From NCBI GenBank assembly GCA_031272515.1, contig JAISTR010000021.1, forward strand, positions 17,306 to 81,305: a DNA stretch of 64,000 nucleotides, written 5' to 3'. The position numbers were made by a program, and so were the translations under genes. The notes under the pieces were generated by a model, which saw nothing but the letters and a program-made list of their open reading frames with translations, did not search any database and was not told where the DNA came from. Origin of the DNA: Erysipelotrichaceae bacterium (GTDB taxonomy: Bacteria > Bacillota_I > Bacilli_A > Erysipelotrichales > Erysipelotrichaceae). Of this stretch, positions 10,233 through 19,116 are shown in pieces; position 1 is the stretch's first letter; every line of letters begins with the position of its first letter.

Positions 10233-12212
10233 GTGATGAAAAAAATTGGTTTGGATGAATTCAAGAATTTCCGTTTTCTCAGCAGCCTGTCCTACAACCC
10301 AAGCGCTACCAGCGCCGCCTTTGTAGTCACGCAGGCAAATGCGAAAATGGATGGCTATGATCAAAGTATCTGGCTGTTAAGCGGTAATAAGGCCGCGCCG
10401 TTTACCGGCTTGGGCAAGGAGTCCGCCTACAGCTGGGAGGATGACACCCACCTGCTGTTTGCCACAAAGAGAAATGAGAGTGACAGTGCGGACCCGGGAG
10501 CCACGGTCTTCTACCGCCTTGCCACCACCGGTGGTGAAGCCAGCAAAGCCTTCAGCATTCCCGTTATCGCAAGGGGCATTGAAGCCCTGGGTAAGGATCG
10601 CTATCTGGTGGTCGGTATTTCCCCGAAAGACAATCCGGACTTGCATTTGGCTAATGAAAAAGACCGGAAGGAATACTTCAAGAAAAAGGATGACAACAAG
10701 GACTATGAGGTCTTTGATGAAATTCCCTGGTGGTTCAACAACATGGGCTTCATCTATGGCAAGCGCAGCCGCCTCTATCTGTTTGATGCGAAAAAAGGCA
10801 AACTGACTGCGATTACACCAGCTGATTTCAATGTCGGCTCCGTGGTTGTCAGTGATGACAAAAGCGAAGCGGTCATTACCGGTGCCGTCTTTACCGGCAT
10901 CATCTCCCGCTTTGAGGGAATCTATACCGTCGATTTAGATACGCTGGAAGTCACCCCGGTTCACGAAAAACCGGATCTGATGATCAGCGATATTCAATAC
11001 AGCGGCGATGGCTTCTTTGTGGCCAGTGCGGACGGGAAGACCTATGGCATGAATCAGGATCCTGACTTCTTCTTTGTCAACCGCGAGGATGGCAAACTCA
11101 AGAAGATCCTTTCCTTCGGTTATCCCTGCCACTCTTCGGTCGGCTCTGACTGCCACTATGGCGGCGGCCGGCAAACCAAGCGGGACGGGGATGATATCTA
11201 CATCATGAGTACCAAGGGTTCCGCAACCCATCTGCTCAAACTGTCCGGCAACAAGCTTTCCACCATCATAGATAAAGAGGGCAGCATCACGACCTTCGAT
11301 GTCAAAGACGGGGTCATCACCTTAATCGGCATGTATGACCAGAAGCTGGAGGAAATCTACACGCTCAAGGATGGAAACCTCAAGCAAATCACCCATATCA
11401 ATAAGGCAGCTTTGAGCGGCAAGTATGTGGCGGCGCCGCAGCGTCTGGAATTTGAAAACCATGGCTATACAATATCCGGCTGGGTGCTGGAGCCGATTGA
11501 CTATGATCCCAGCAAGTCCTATCCGGCCATCCTGGATATCCATGGCGGCCCCAAGACGGTCTATGGCGAAACCTTCTTCCATGAGATGCAATACTGGGCC
11601 AGTGAAGGCTACTTCGTCTTCTTCTGCAACCCCTTCGGCTCCGATGGCGGCGGTTCGGCATTCGGCGATTTGCGCGGGAAGTACGGCACCATCGATTATG
11701 AAGACATCATGAAGTTCACCGACCTGGTGCTCAAGAAATATCCAGCCATCGACAAGAAGAAGGTCGGGGTGACCGGGGGCTCCTATGGCGGCTATATGAC
11801 CAACTGGATCATCGGGCAAACCACCCGCTTTGCGGCTGCTGCCACCCAGCGCTCCATCTCCAACTGGATTTCCATGTATGGATGCAGCGATATCGGTCCG
11901 CGTTTTGTGCAGGATCAGATGGCAGTCAAGGACATCACTTCCGGCTTTGAAAAGCTCTGGAGCTTCTCACCGCTGAAGTATGCGGACAAGGCCAAGACCC
12001 CGACCCTGTTTATCCACTCTGACCAGGACTACCGCTGCTGGATTCCGGAAGCGATGCAGCTGTATACGGTTTTGAAGGAACGGGGCATCGATACCCGGTT
12101 TGTGATGTTCCATGGTGAAAACCATGAACTCTCCCGGTCCGGCCAACCCAAGCATCGCCTCAAACGGCTTTCGGAAATCACCGGCTGGATGGACAAGTAC
12201 TGCAAAGGCTAA
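10233..12212 (+). CDS. S9 family serine peptidase (prolyl oligopeptidase / acylaminoacyl-peptidase-like)
   Basis: GGSYGGYMTNW nucleophile elbow in the C-terminal alpha/beta-hydrolase domain. Long N-terminal propeller-like region. Confidence 0.8.
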   Translation: MMKKIGLDEFKNFRFLSSLSYNPSATSAAFVVTQANAKMDGYDQSIWLLSGNKAAPFTGLGKESAYSWEDDTHLLFATKRNESDSADPGATVFYRLATTGGEASKAFSIPVIARGIEALGKDRYLVVGISPKDNPDLHLANEKDRKEYFKKKDDNKDYEVFDEIPWWFNNMGFIYGKRSRLYLFDAKKGKLTAITPADFNVGSVVVSDDKSEAVITGAVFTGIISRFEGIYTVDLDTLEVTPVHEKPDLMISDIQYSGDGFFVASADGKTYGMNQDPDFFFVNREDGKLKKILSFGYPCHSSVGSDCHYGGGRQTKRDGDDIYIMSTKGSATHLLKLSGNKLSTIIDKEGSITTFDVKDGVITLIGMYDQKLEEIYTLKDGNLKQITHINKAALSGKYVAAPQRLEFENHGYTISGWVLEPIDYDPSKSYPAILDIHGGPKTVYGETFFHEMQYWASEGYFVFFCNPFGSDGGGSAFGDLRGKYGTIDYEDIMKFTDLVLKKYPAIDKKKVGVTGGSYGGYMTNWIIGQTTRFAAAATQRSISNWISMYGCSDIGPRFVQDQMAVKDITSGFEKLWSFSPLKYADKAKTPTLFIHSDQDYRCWIPEAMQLYTVLKERGIDTRFVMFHGENHELSRSGQPKHRLKRLSEITGWMDKYCKG

Positions 12213-12404
12213 AACCAAACAAACAGGCAGATGTGATTCTGCCTGTTTTTCTTTGCCCAAATCACTCCATAATGTGGGAGAAAATCCGGTCCAAAACCCG
12301 AATGAATGAGGTTTCATTCGACCATGCCGAAAACTGCGATTTTGTATCCGTTTTCAGGCTTTTTTCCGTTGTATTGTTCTGCGGCCTTTGATATAGTGGA
12401 AGCG

Positions 12405-12477
12405 TGTTTAATACTAGCCAGATATAATGCCGTAATATGGTCGGCAGTCTCTACCAGACACCGTAAATGTCTGACTA
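12405..12477 (+). promoter_or_regulatory. purine riboswitch aptamer, guanine-type
   Basis: P1 CUAGCCAGAUA/UACUUGGCUAG (one A-C mismatch), J1/2 UAAU, conserved CUACC and ACCGUAAAUGUC.GAC, with C at the ligand-specificity position. Sits in the 5' leader of the NCS2 permease gene. Confidence 0.8.
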
Positions 12478-12581
12478 CTTGGCTAGTTTCCTTTTTTGGA
12501 GGCTGGAGGACTCGCAAACAGGAACCTGCCACTCTTTTGGTTCTAGTATTACAACACTGGAAAGAAAGAGGAAACCATAAT

Positions 12582-13952
12582 ATGAACAACTTTTTCAAGC
12601 TGAAGGAGAACAACACCTCCTTCAACACGGAGCTCATGGCCGGATTGACGACATTTTTTACCATGAGCTACATCCTGATTGTCAATCCCACCATCCTCGG
12701 CGAATCCGGCTTAGCCTGGGGAGCGGTATTTCTGGCGACCGTGTTCGCCTCCGCCATCGGTACCCTGGTCATGGGGCTGTTTGCGAATGTGCCTTACGCT
12801 TTGGCGCCGGGCATGGGTATCAACGCCTTCTTTACCTACACCATCGTCTTTACCCTGGGCTATACACCCTATGAAGGTCTGGCGATGGTTTTTATTTGCG
12901 GGCTCATCAATATCTTTATCACCACCACCAGAATCCGCAAGCACATCATCAAGGCGATTCCGGAATCCCTGCAGCACGCAATCGGCGGGGGCATCGGCAT
13001 CTTTATCGCCTACATCGGCTTATTGAATGTTGGGCTGATCAACTTTGGCGCCGGGGTCCCGGCATTGGCCGCCTTTGATAATCCGGTTGCGGTTCTGACC
13101 TTAATCGGACTGTTTGTCACGGTCGTGCTTTTGATTCTCAAAGTGAAAGGGGCGATGTTAATCGGCATCATCACTGCCACCATCGTCGCCATTCCTTTGG
13201 GACTGGTGAACTTCTCCAGCGTCAGCTTTGACTTGTCGGTCTACAGCGGCTACTTTGGTGAGCTGGGCAATGTCTTTGCGAAGTGTGTAACCGATGGCAT
13301 TCCCTCGCTGTTTGCGGATCCGGCCCGGTTTGGATCGGTCTTTGCGATCATCTTCTCCTTCTCCCTGACGGATACCTTTGATACCATCGGCACCTTCATC
13401 GGTACCGGCCGGCGCTCTGGCATCTTCTCGGCCGAGGATGAGAAAGCCCTGGAGGAGGGCAAGGGCTTCTCCTCAAAGATGGACAAGGCGCTGTTTGCGG
13501 ATGCGATTGCGACTTCCATGGGGGCTTTCTTGGGAACTTCCAACACCACGACCTACGTCGAGTCGGCTGCTGGTATTGAAGCTGGCGGGCGCACCGGTTT
13601 GACTTCGGTGGTGGTCTCCATCTGTTTCCTTTTGAGCATTCTGCTCTCACCGATTATCTCGCTGATTCCCTCAGCCGCTACCGCTCCGGCCCTGATTATT
13701 GTCGGGGTCTTGATGATTGCCTCCTTCAAGGATGTGAAGTGGGATAACTTCGAGGAAGCACTGCCGGCATTTTTTGCGGGTACGATGATGGCCTTGGCAT
13801 ACAGCGTTTCGGAAGGCATCGCCCTGGGCTTTATTTTCTACCTGGTGGTACAGGTGGTAAAAGGCAAGGCGAGCCAGGCACACCCGATTCTGTGGGTCTC
13901 CTCCCTCTTGTTTGCGGCCAACTATCTGCTCAAAGCATTGGGCATGTCCTAG
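12582..13952 (+). CDS. NCS2 family nucleobase permease (guanine/hypoxanthine permease, PbuG/AzgA-like)
   Basis: Start set at ATG 12582 after the AGAGGAAACC RBS. The 5' part of the ORF-track entry (12306-12581) is the riboswitch leader, not coding. Confidence 0.85.
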   Translation: MNNFFKLKENNTSFNTELMAGLTTFFTMSYILIVNPTILGESGLAWGAVFLATVFASAIGTLVMGLFANVPYALAPGMGINAFFTYTIVFTLGYTPYEGLAMVFICGLINIFITTTRIRKHIIKAIPESLQHAIGGGIGIFIAYIGLLNVGLINFGAGVPALAAFDNPVAVLTLIGLFVTVVLLILKVKGAMLIGIITATIVAIPLGLVNFSSVSFDLSVYSGYFGELGNVFAKCVTDGIPSLFADPARFGSVFAIIFSFSLTDTFDTIGTFIGTGRRSGIFSAEDEKALEEGKGFSSKMDKALFADAIATSMGAFLGTSNTTTYVESAAGIEAGGRTGLTSVVVSICFLLSILLSPIISLIPSAATAPALIIVGVLMIASFKDVKWDNFEEALPAFFAGTMMALAYSVSEGIALGFIFYLVVQVVKGKASQAHPILWVSSLLFAANYLLKALGMS

Positions 13953-14063
13953 AAAAAAACGACAATTAAATACCCAAAAGGCAAAATGTGAGGCATTTTG
14001 CCTTTTGTTGTGAAAAATTTTTCGCACGGTTTATGGTATAACCATGCCACAGAGGAGGTGTGT

Positions 14064-14735
14064 ATGGGTACTACTGCACAACCGATGGTAAAAATGATTT
14101 TCGGTTTTCAAGGTTATGCCTCTGATGCGGTGGCTTATTGCTGTTATCGTGGCCATCCCGGAAACCTGAACAAGACACTATTGGAAAATCAGGAATGCAT
14201 CAAGAAAAATTGCAGACACCTGAAAAAGACTCAAAACGAGTTCTGGTACTCGATGGCGTCCACCGTACAGGTCATCCGAAAGATTTTAAAAAGGGGGAAT
14301 GCTGGTAAAACGCTGACTGATTTATGCATTATCAAGGGCATTGGTCCAAAGACCAAAGAAAAGTTAAGGCAAATCGGCTATTGGTGGGTGGAGGATTTGT
14401 ATGGTTCTTCCTATCGGGAAGTCTATCGCAAATACCTGCGCTTGACCAAAAAGAAATCCGATGTGAAAGTACGGGAGGCTTTGTTGTTAGTGAAAAAAGA
14501 GGCGGATCGTCTGGGAAAAGCCATGGAGCAGCAGCTGCCTTCAAAAAAAAGAGAGAAGGCTGCTTCTTCTTTGAAAGCTGGATTATCAGGCAAAGAAAAG
14601 CGTTATTCCAAAAAGAGCTTTCCAAAAAAGAAAAAACAAAAACCCAGACACTCCGGCTTACGCTTCAGCAATGCAGACCACTATGATTTATGGAAACTGA
14701 ATTATCCGCCCGAAAAAAGCTATGACAGGGCATGA
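14064..14735 (+). CDS. hypothetical helix-hairpin-helix protein with Lys-rich C-terminal tail
   Basis: HhH motif LTDLCIIKGIGPKTKEKLRQIGY. KK-rich low-complexity C-terminus. AGAGGAGG RBS before ATG 14064. Confidence 0.5.
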   Translation: MGTTAQPMVKMIFGFQGYASDAVAYCCYRGHPGNLNKTLLENQECIKKNCRHLKKTQNEFWYSMASTVQVIRKILKRGNAGKTLTDLCIIKGIGPKTKEKLRQIGYWWVEDLYGSSYREVYRKYLRLTKKKSDVKVREALLLVKKEADRLGKAMEQQLPSKKREKAASSLKAGLSGKEKRYSKKSFPKKKKQKPRHSGLRFSNADHYDLWKLNYPPEKSYDRA

Positions 14736-14842
14736 GTCTTTCAGGAAAATCTGTTGTTAATGTATCCTAAAAAAAGTATTCGAACCAACCAAAAAACCAC
14801 CGGTGCGAGCCAGTGGTTTCTTGGTTGTGCTTAATGATTTAC

Positions 14843-16186
14843 TCAGGTCTTTTTGATTGATAAGACCAGATTCAAGACAATACCGGCAACCGAAGCCGTC
14901 GCAATCGCCGGCAGGGAGAAGGAGCCGATGGGGATGTTGCTGCCCGAAAAACCATAGGAGCCGCCCAGTCCGATAATCAGAATCACAGCGATGATTGCCA
15001 GATTCTTGGCATCAAACATATCGACACCCTTATTGATTAAAATCGCAATCCCCTGTGCCCCAATTACCCCGAACAGGTAGATGCAGGCACCGTTGATAAC
15101 CGGACCGGGAATCGAATTGACGAAGTTGGTCAGGGGACTGAAGAAGGAAATAATCATGGTGATGATGGCCGCTGCACCCAAAACCCAGACACTGAAGTTA
15201 TGGGTGATGGCCATGGTGGAAAGGTTTTCGCCATAATTGGTTCCCGCCGGACCACCGATGGCCGCGGAGATCATATCGCCCAGACCGTCACCGATTAAAT
15301 TGATGCCCAAACGCTTTTCAATATCGTATTTGGGTTTGCCTTTCTTTTTGGCCAGGTCATTGACATAGATGTCCAGCTGAAACAGGTGGGCGGTGGATTC
15401 CGGAATCGTCGCAATCGCAATCGGCATGATGGCGATCACAGCCGCCAGGTTGGGAACCGGCAGGGTGAAGTGCGGTGCAGTCACCAGATTGCCTTGAAAC
15501 AGGGTCGCCAGTTTGGTTTGAAGCCCGATGTCTCCGGCACCGGTGTAGTTGAGCAATAACGAGAGCAGATAGCCAACCAGGATACCCAATAAAATAGGGA
15601 CTTGTCCCAAGATCCCTTTTTTCAAAAATACCGAGAATGCAACTGTAGAAACCAGGGTCACCACCGCAATGATGGCGGAAGTGGTGTTGGTTCCGCTGGC
15701 ATCCACCGCAAAGGCGGAAGTCATGGCGGATCCGGCCAGGGAGATACCGATGACCATGGCGATGGCACCGGTGATGGTCGCTGGCAGAATCTTGTCAATT
15801 TTGTCCTGACCGAAACGGTCGATGATAATCCCGGCGGCGATGGACACCAAACCGGAAGCAATGATGCCGAATTGGGCCCTGCCAATCAGATCGTCACTGG
15901 CAACGACACCATAGCTGGCACCTGTCATCCCGACGATGGCTGAGATGTAGGAGAAGCTGGAGCCATAGTAGAGCGGCAGCTTGCCCTTGGTGACAAACAG
16001 AAAACAGAGTGTGGCCAGACCGCTGGCAAAGATGGTGGTCGAAACATGGAATCCCGTCAGCATCGCCACCGTGACCGTTGCCGGGAACATGACTAAAATC
16101 TGCTGCAGACCAAAGAGCAGGGTACGCCCCAGAGTCGGCTTCTCGTCCGGCAGATATCCGGACACCGTTTTTTCTTGTGAAGACAT
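14843..16186 (-). CDS. NCS2 family nucleobase:cation symporter (uracil/xanthine permease, PyrP/UraA/PbuX-like)
   Basis: QQILVMFPATVTVAMLTG N-terminal motif and polytopic topology typical of UraA/PbuX. Confidence 0.8.
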   Translation of the reverse strand: MSSQEKTVSGYLPDEKPTLGRTLLFGLQQILVMFPATVTVAMLTGFHVSTTIFASGLATLCFLFVTKGKLPLYYGSSFSYISAIVGMTGASYGVVASDDLIGRAQFGIIASGLVSIAAGIIIDRFGQDKIDKILPATITGAIAMVIGISLAGSAMTSAFAVDASGTNTTSAIIAVVTLVSTVAFSVFLKKGILGQVPILLGILVGYLLSLLLNYTGAGDIGLQTKLATLFQGNLVTAPHFTLPVPNLAAVIAIMPIAIATIPESTAHLFQLDIYVNDLAKKKGKPKYDIEKRLGINLIGDGLGDMISAAIGGPAGTNYGENLSTMAITHNFSVWVLGAAAIITMIISFFSPLTNFVNSIPGPVINGACIYLFGVIGAQGIAILINKGVDMFDAKNLAIIAVILIIGLGGSYGFSGSNIPIGSFSLPAIATASVAGIVLNLVLSIKKT

Positions 16187-16189
16187 TTG

Positions 16190-16300
16190 TTACCTCCGTT
16201 CCTACACAAAAAAAGCTTGATGGATAGAGGCCCTGATGATGTGCTGTTCCTTGATGACCTCACGGGATCATCTTAAAGGACCTGTATCTGAAGAATAGTA
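16190..16300 (-). promoter_or_regulatory. candidate PyrR-box-like attenuator hairpin in the permease 5' leader (weak)
   Basis: Minus-strand hairpin GAUGA-UCCCGUGAGG-UCAUC with a loop resembling the PyrR box RUCCNGNGAGGYU (from memory). Alternative GAUGAU/AUCAUC pairing and a downstream GCUUUUUUU tract. Confidence 0.3.
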
Positions 16301-16462
16301 TAGCAGAAGGTCTTGGTGATAGCTTAACAAATTCACCCATAATTCTGAAAATTTTATTCAAACAAAATTTCCTGTCACTTCTGCCGTTTTTTTCTCATCT
16401 TTGTGCAATTTTCAGAATTGCTTTTTTACGGTAAACGGTTTTGGGTTTATAATACTGTAGTT

Positions 16463-17857
16463 ATGATACGTAAGAATTCCAAAAAAGAACTCAGTGCCCA
16501 TCGCATGGGCACGATGGATATCCATCGCTTATTAATAACACTGTCGGTCCCCATGATGACTTCCATGGCGGTCCAGGCTCTCTATAACATTGTCGACAGC
16601 ATCTATGTGTCCCATATCGATACCAAAGCCCTGGCTGCGGTATCACTGGCCTTTCCTTTGCAAAGCTTGATGCATGCCTTTATGAACGGAACCTGCATCG
16701 GCGTGAACTCCTATCTCTCCCGAAGCTTAGGGGCCAAGGATTATTCTGCGGTCCGCAAGACCGCAGCCCATGGCATCATGCTTTGTATCTTTGCCTGGCT
16801 GATGTTTATCGGTGTGGGCCTGGGTTTTGGGGCCACCTATTTCAAGGCTTTGACCAATGATCCGCAAATCATCCAGTACGGGATAACCTATGTCCAGATT
16901 GTTTTGCCGTTTTCCATCGGCTCCTTTCTGGCAATGATGACGGAGCGGATGCTGGCGAGTACCGGCAATACCTTCTATGCGATGATTGCTCAGGTTTCCG
17001 GGGCAGTCACCAATACCATCCTCGATCCGCTTTTAATCTTTGGTTTATTGGGATTTCCCAAAATGGGCATGGCCGGTGCTGCCATCGCCACCGTCATTGC
17101 CCAAAGCCTGGCTGCTGTAATTTCCTTGTATTTCAACTTCACCCGCAACAAGGACATCGATTTGTCCTTCAAGGGTTTCCGGGTGGACTTTCATATCATC
17201 AAGAAAATTTACCAGGTGGGCTTGCCGAGCATGCTGATGAACTCGGTGGACTCCTTCATGTTTTATTCGATGAACAAGATTCTGATTGGCTTCTCAACGG
17301 TAGCGACCACCATCTTTGGCGTTTATTACAAATTGCAGAGCTTCTTCTTTTTGCCGGTCTATGGTGTCAACTACGGCATGATTCCGATTATCGGATACAA
17401 CTATGGTGCCCGCAATGGCAAGCGGGTGTTGGATACGGTACACATTGCCATCCGCTATGCCATGGTTTTTATGACCCTGGGCTTTGCGGTGTTCATGCTT
17501 TTCCCGGATAAGATGCTGACGCTGTTTAATGCGGATGGGGAGATGATCAAGGTCGGATCGGTCGCCTTGAGAATCATCAGCACCCACTTTCTGCTGGCTG
17601 GCTTTTGCATCATCTTTCTGGCTGTGTTTCAAGCGATTGGCAACGGCACCCTAAGCATGGTAGCCACCGCCATGAAGCATCTTTTGTTCCGCTTGCCCAG
17701 CGCCTATTTTCTGGCCTCGTTTGGGGATGTGAATCTGGTCTGGTGGTGCTGGCTGATTTCGGAAGCAGGCTCCTTGCTGTTCTGCAGTATTTTCTACTTC
17801 CATATCGTGAAGAAGGAAATGAAGTCATTCCCATTACCGCAGACTGCCGAAAGCTGA
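16463..17857 (+). CDS. MATE family efflux transporter
   Basis: 12-TM protein with duplicated MATE halves. Start uncertain (no clear RBS). Confidence 0.8.
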   Translation: MIRKNSKKELSAHRMGTMDIHRLLITLSVPMMTSMAVQALYNIVDSIYVSHIDTKALAAVSLAFPLQSLMHAFMNGTCIGVNSYLSRSLGAKDYSAVRKTAAHGIMLCIFAWLMFIGVGLGFGATYFKALTNDPQIIQYGITYVQIVLPFSIGSFLAMMTERMLASTGNTFYAMIAQVSGAVTNTILDPLLIFGLLGFPKMGMAGAAIATVIAQSLAAVISLYFNFTRNKDIDLSFKGFRVDFHIIKKIYQVGLPSMLMNSVDSFMFYSMNKILIGFSTVATTIFGVYYKLQSFFFLPVYGVNYGMIPIIGYNYGARNGKRVLDTVHIAIRYAMVFMTLGFAVFMLFPDKMLTLFNADGEMIKVGSVALRIISTHFLLAGFCIIFLAVFQAIGNGTLSMVATAMKHLLFRLPSAYFLASFGDVNLVWWCWLISEAGSLLFCSIFYFHIVKKEMKSFPLPQTAES

Positions 17858-17906
17858 TTGGCAAGACAAAGTCAGGACATTTTAGTTCAGAAAAAGGAAT
17901 GGATAC

Positions 17907-17943
17907 AGGTAAAAGCCGGGCGGACAGCCCGGCTTTTACCTGT
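17907..17943 (+). terminator. rho-independent terminator downstream of the MATE gene
   Basis: Perfect hairpin GGTAAAAGCCGGGC-GGAC-AGCCCGGCTTTTACC. Confidence 0.7.
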
Positions 17944-17973
17944 ATAATAGAAGCAGAAGAAGGAGAATCAAAC

Positions 17974-19062
17974 ATGGACTTTCACAAAACGTATCATGAA
18001 GAGGAAAAGTTGTATTTAGCCGGACCGGAATGTTTTTATCCGGATGGCCGCAAGAAGCTGCAGTCAATGAAACTGCTGGCAGAGTCCTATGGCTTTGGGG
18101 TATCATTGCCCAATGACAACAAGCTGGACATGAGCAATGAAGATGTCCGCAAGAATGCGGACAACATCTTTGAAAACTGTGCTGTAAGCATCGACATCAC
18201 CACCGCCATCCTGGTGGACCTCGAGCGCTTTCGCGGCAGTGAACCGGATGGGGGCTCCATCTATGAGCTGGGCATGGCTTATGCCCGCGGCTGCCGCTGC
18301 TATGGCTATACCCGGGATTTGCGTCCGGTATATCGCAAATATGATGGGGCAATGCTCAAAGACGGGGTTGTCTATGACCGGGATGATAAAGAGTTGGCTT
18401 ATCCCGAACTGCCGTTTTCACCCAACATCATCGGTTCCTCTAAAGTGATTGAAGGGGATTTGGATGACTGTCTGAAGCTGTTGATGCTGGATATCAAGGA
18501 AGAACGCAAAGCCGGGATCACCCGCACTTACCTGGATGAGAAACCGGGACCCAAAAACAAGAAGGCCAAGACGATTTATCTGTCCCTTTCAAACCGCTAT
18601 AGTGAGAATAAAGGAGCTTATGAAAAGCTGGAAGCCTTGGCGAAGGAAGCAGGGTACAAACTGGTCATTTCCGCAATCCCCAAAAAGCTTGCCGGCATCA
18701 AGGATGTTTATCGGCAGGCTGCTGAAATCTTCGCGCAAAACGAGAAGGCGGTGAAAGACAGCGACATCTGCCTGTTTGACCTCAACGACTATCATGGCTG
18801 GGAACCAAACAGCGACGTTGCCTTTGAAGCGGGGATGGCCTGGCAGCTTGGCAAGAAGTGCTTTGGCTTTATGGGCGACAATTCCAATATGCGCACCCGG
18901 ATTCCCCACTATGATGACAAGCTGGAGAATCGTGACTGGCATGGCAATGATGTGGAAAACTTCAACTATCCGCTAAACCTGATGTTTTCCTCCTCGATGC
19001 CGATTTTTGGGGGCGATGTGACGGCAGCCTTCAAGCAGGTACTCAAACATATCAGCCGTTAA
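17974..19062 (+). CDS. tandem nucleoside 2-deoxyribosyltransferase-like (NDT/Rcl-fold) two-domain protein
   Basis: Two copies of the D.G(S/T).(Y/F)E.GMA motif (DGGSIYELGMAYARG and NSDVAFEAGMAWQLGKK). First domain opens KLYLAGPECF. AGGAGAA RBS 6 nt before ATG 17974. The ORF-track start 17605 is an in-frame upstream extension overlapping the MATE gene. Confidence 0.65.
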   Translation: MDFHKTYHEEEKLYLAGPECFYPDGRKKLQSMKLLAESYGFGVSLPNDNKLDMSNEDVRKNADNIFENCAVSIDITTAILVDLERFRGSEPDGGSIYELGMAYARGCRCYGYTRDLRPVYRKYDGAMLKDGVVYDRDDKELAYPELPFSPNIIGSSKVIEGDLDDCLKLLMLDIKEERKAGITRTYLDEKPGPKNKKAKTIYLSLSNRYSENKGAYEKLEALAKEAGYKLVISAIPKKLAGIKDVYRQAAEIFAQNEKAVKDSDICLFDLNDYHGWEPNSDVAFEAGMAWQLGKKCFGFMGDNSNMRTRIPHYDDKLENRDWHGNDVENFNYPLNLMFSSSMPIFGGDVTAAFKQVLKHISR

Positions 19063-19078
19063 ATAAGAAATTCCATAA

Positions 19079-19116
19079 ACAAAAAAAGCCCTGCAGGATG
19101 CAGGACTTTTTTGTTA
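19079..19116. terminator. bidirectional rho-independent terminator between convergent genes
   Basis: AAAAAAAGCCCTGCAGGATGCAGGACTTTTTTG. Confidence 0.7.

Noticed and set aside
12306-12581. 5' portion of the ORF-track entry 12306..13952 (MRFHSTMPKTAILYPFSGFF...)
   Set aside because: This stretch is the guanine riboswitch leader. The real start is ATG 12582, with an RBS and the typical NCS2 N-terminus MNNFFKLKEN.
13250-13819. Several 60-120-aa ORFs on both strands inside the NCS2 permease gene
   Set aside because: They lie antisense or out of frame within a well-supported membrane-protein CDS. Their composition is Pro/Arg/Ser-rich, typical of a GC-rich wrong frame.
17605-17973. Long N-terminal extension of ORF 17605..19062 overlapping the MATE gene
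   Set aside because: It overlaps the 3' end of the MATE CDS and a perfect terminator hairpin. The true start is ATG 17974, preceded by AGGAGAA.
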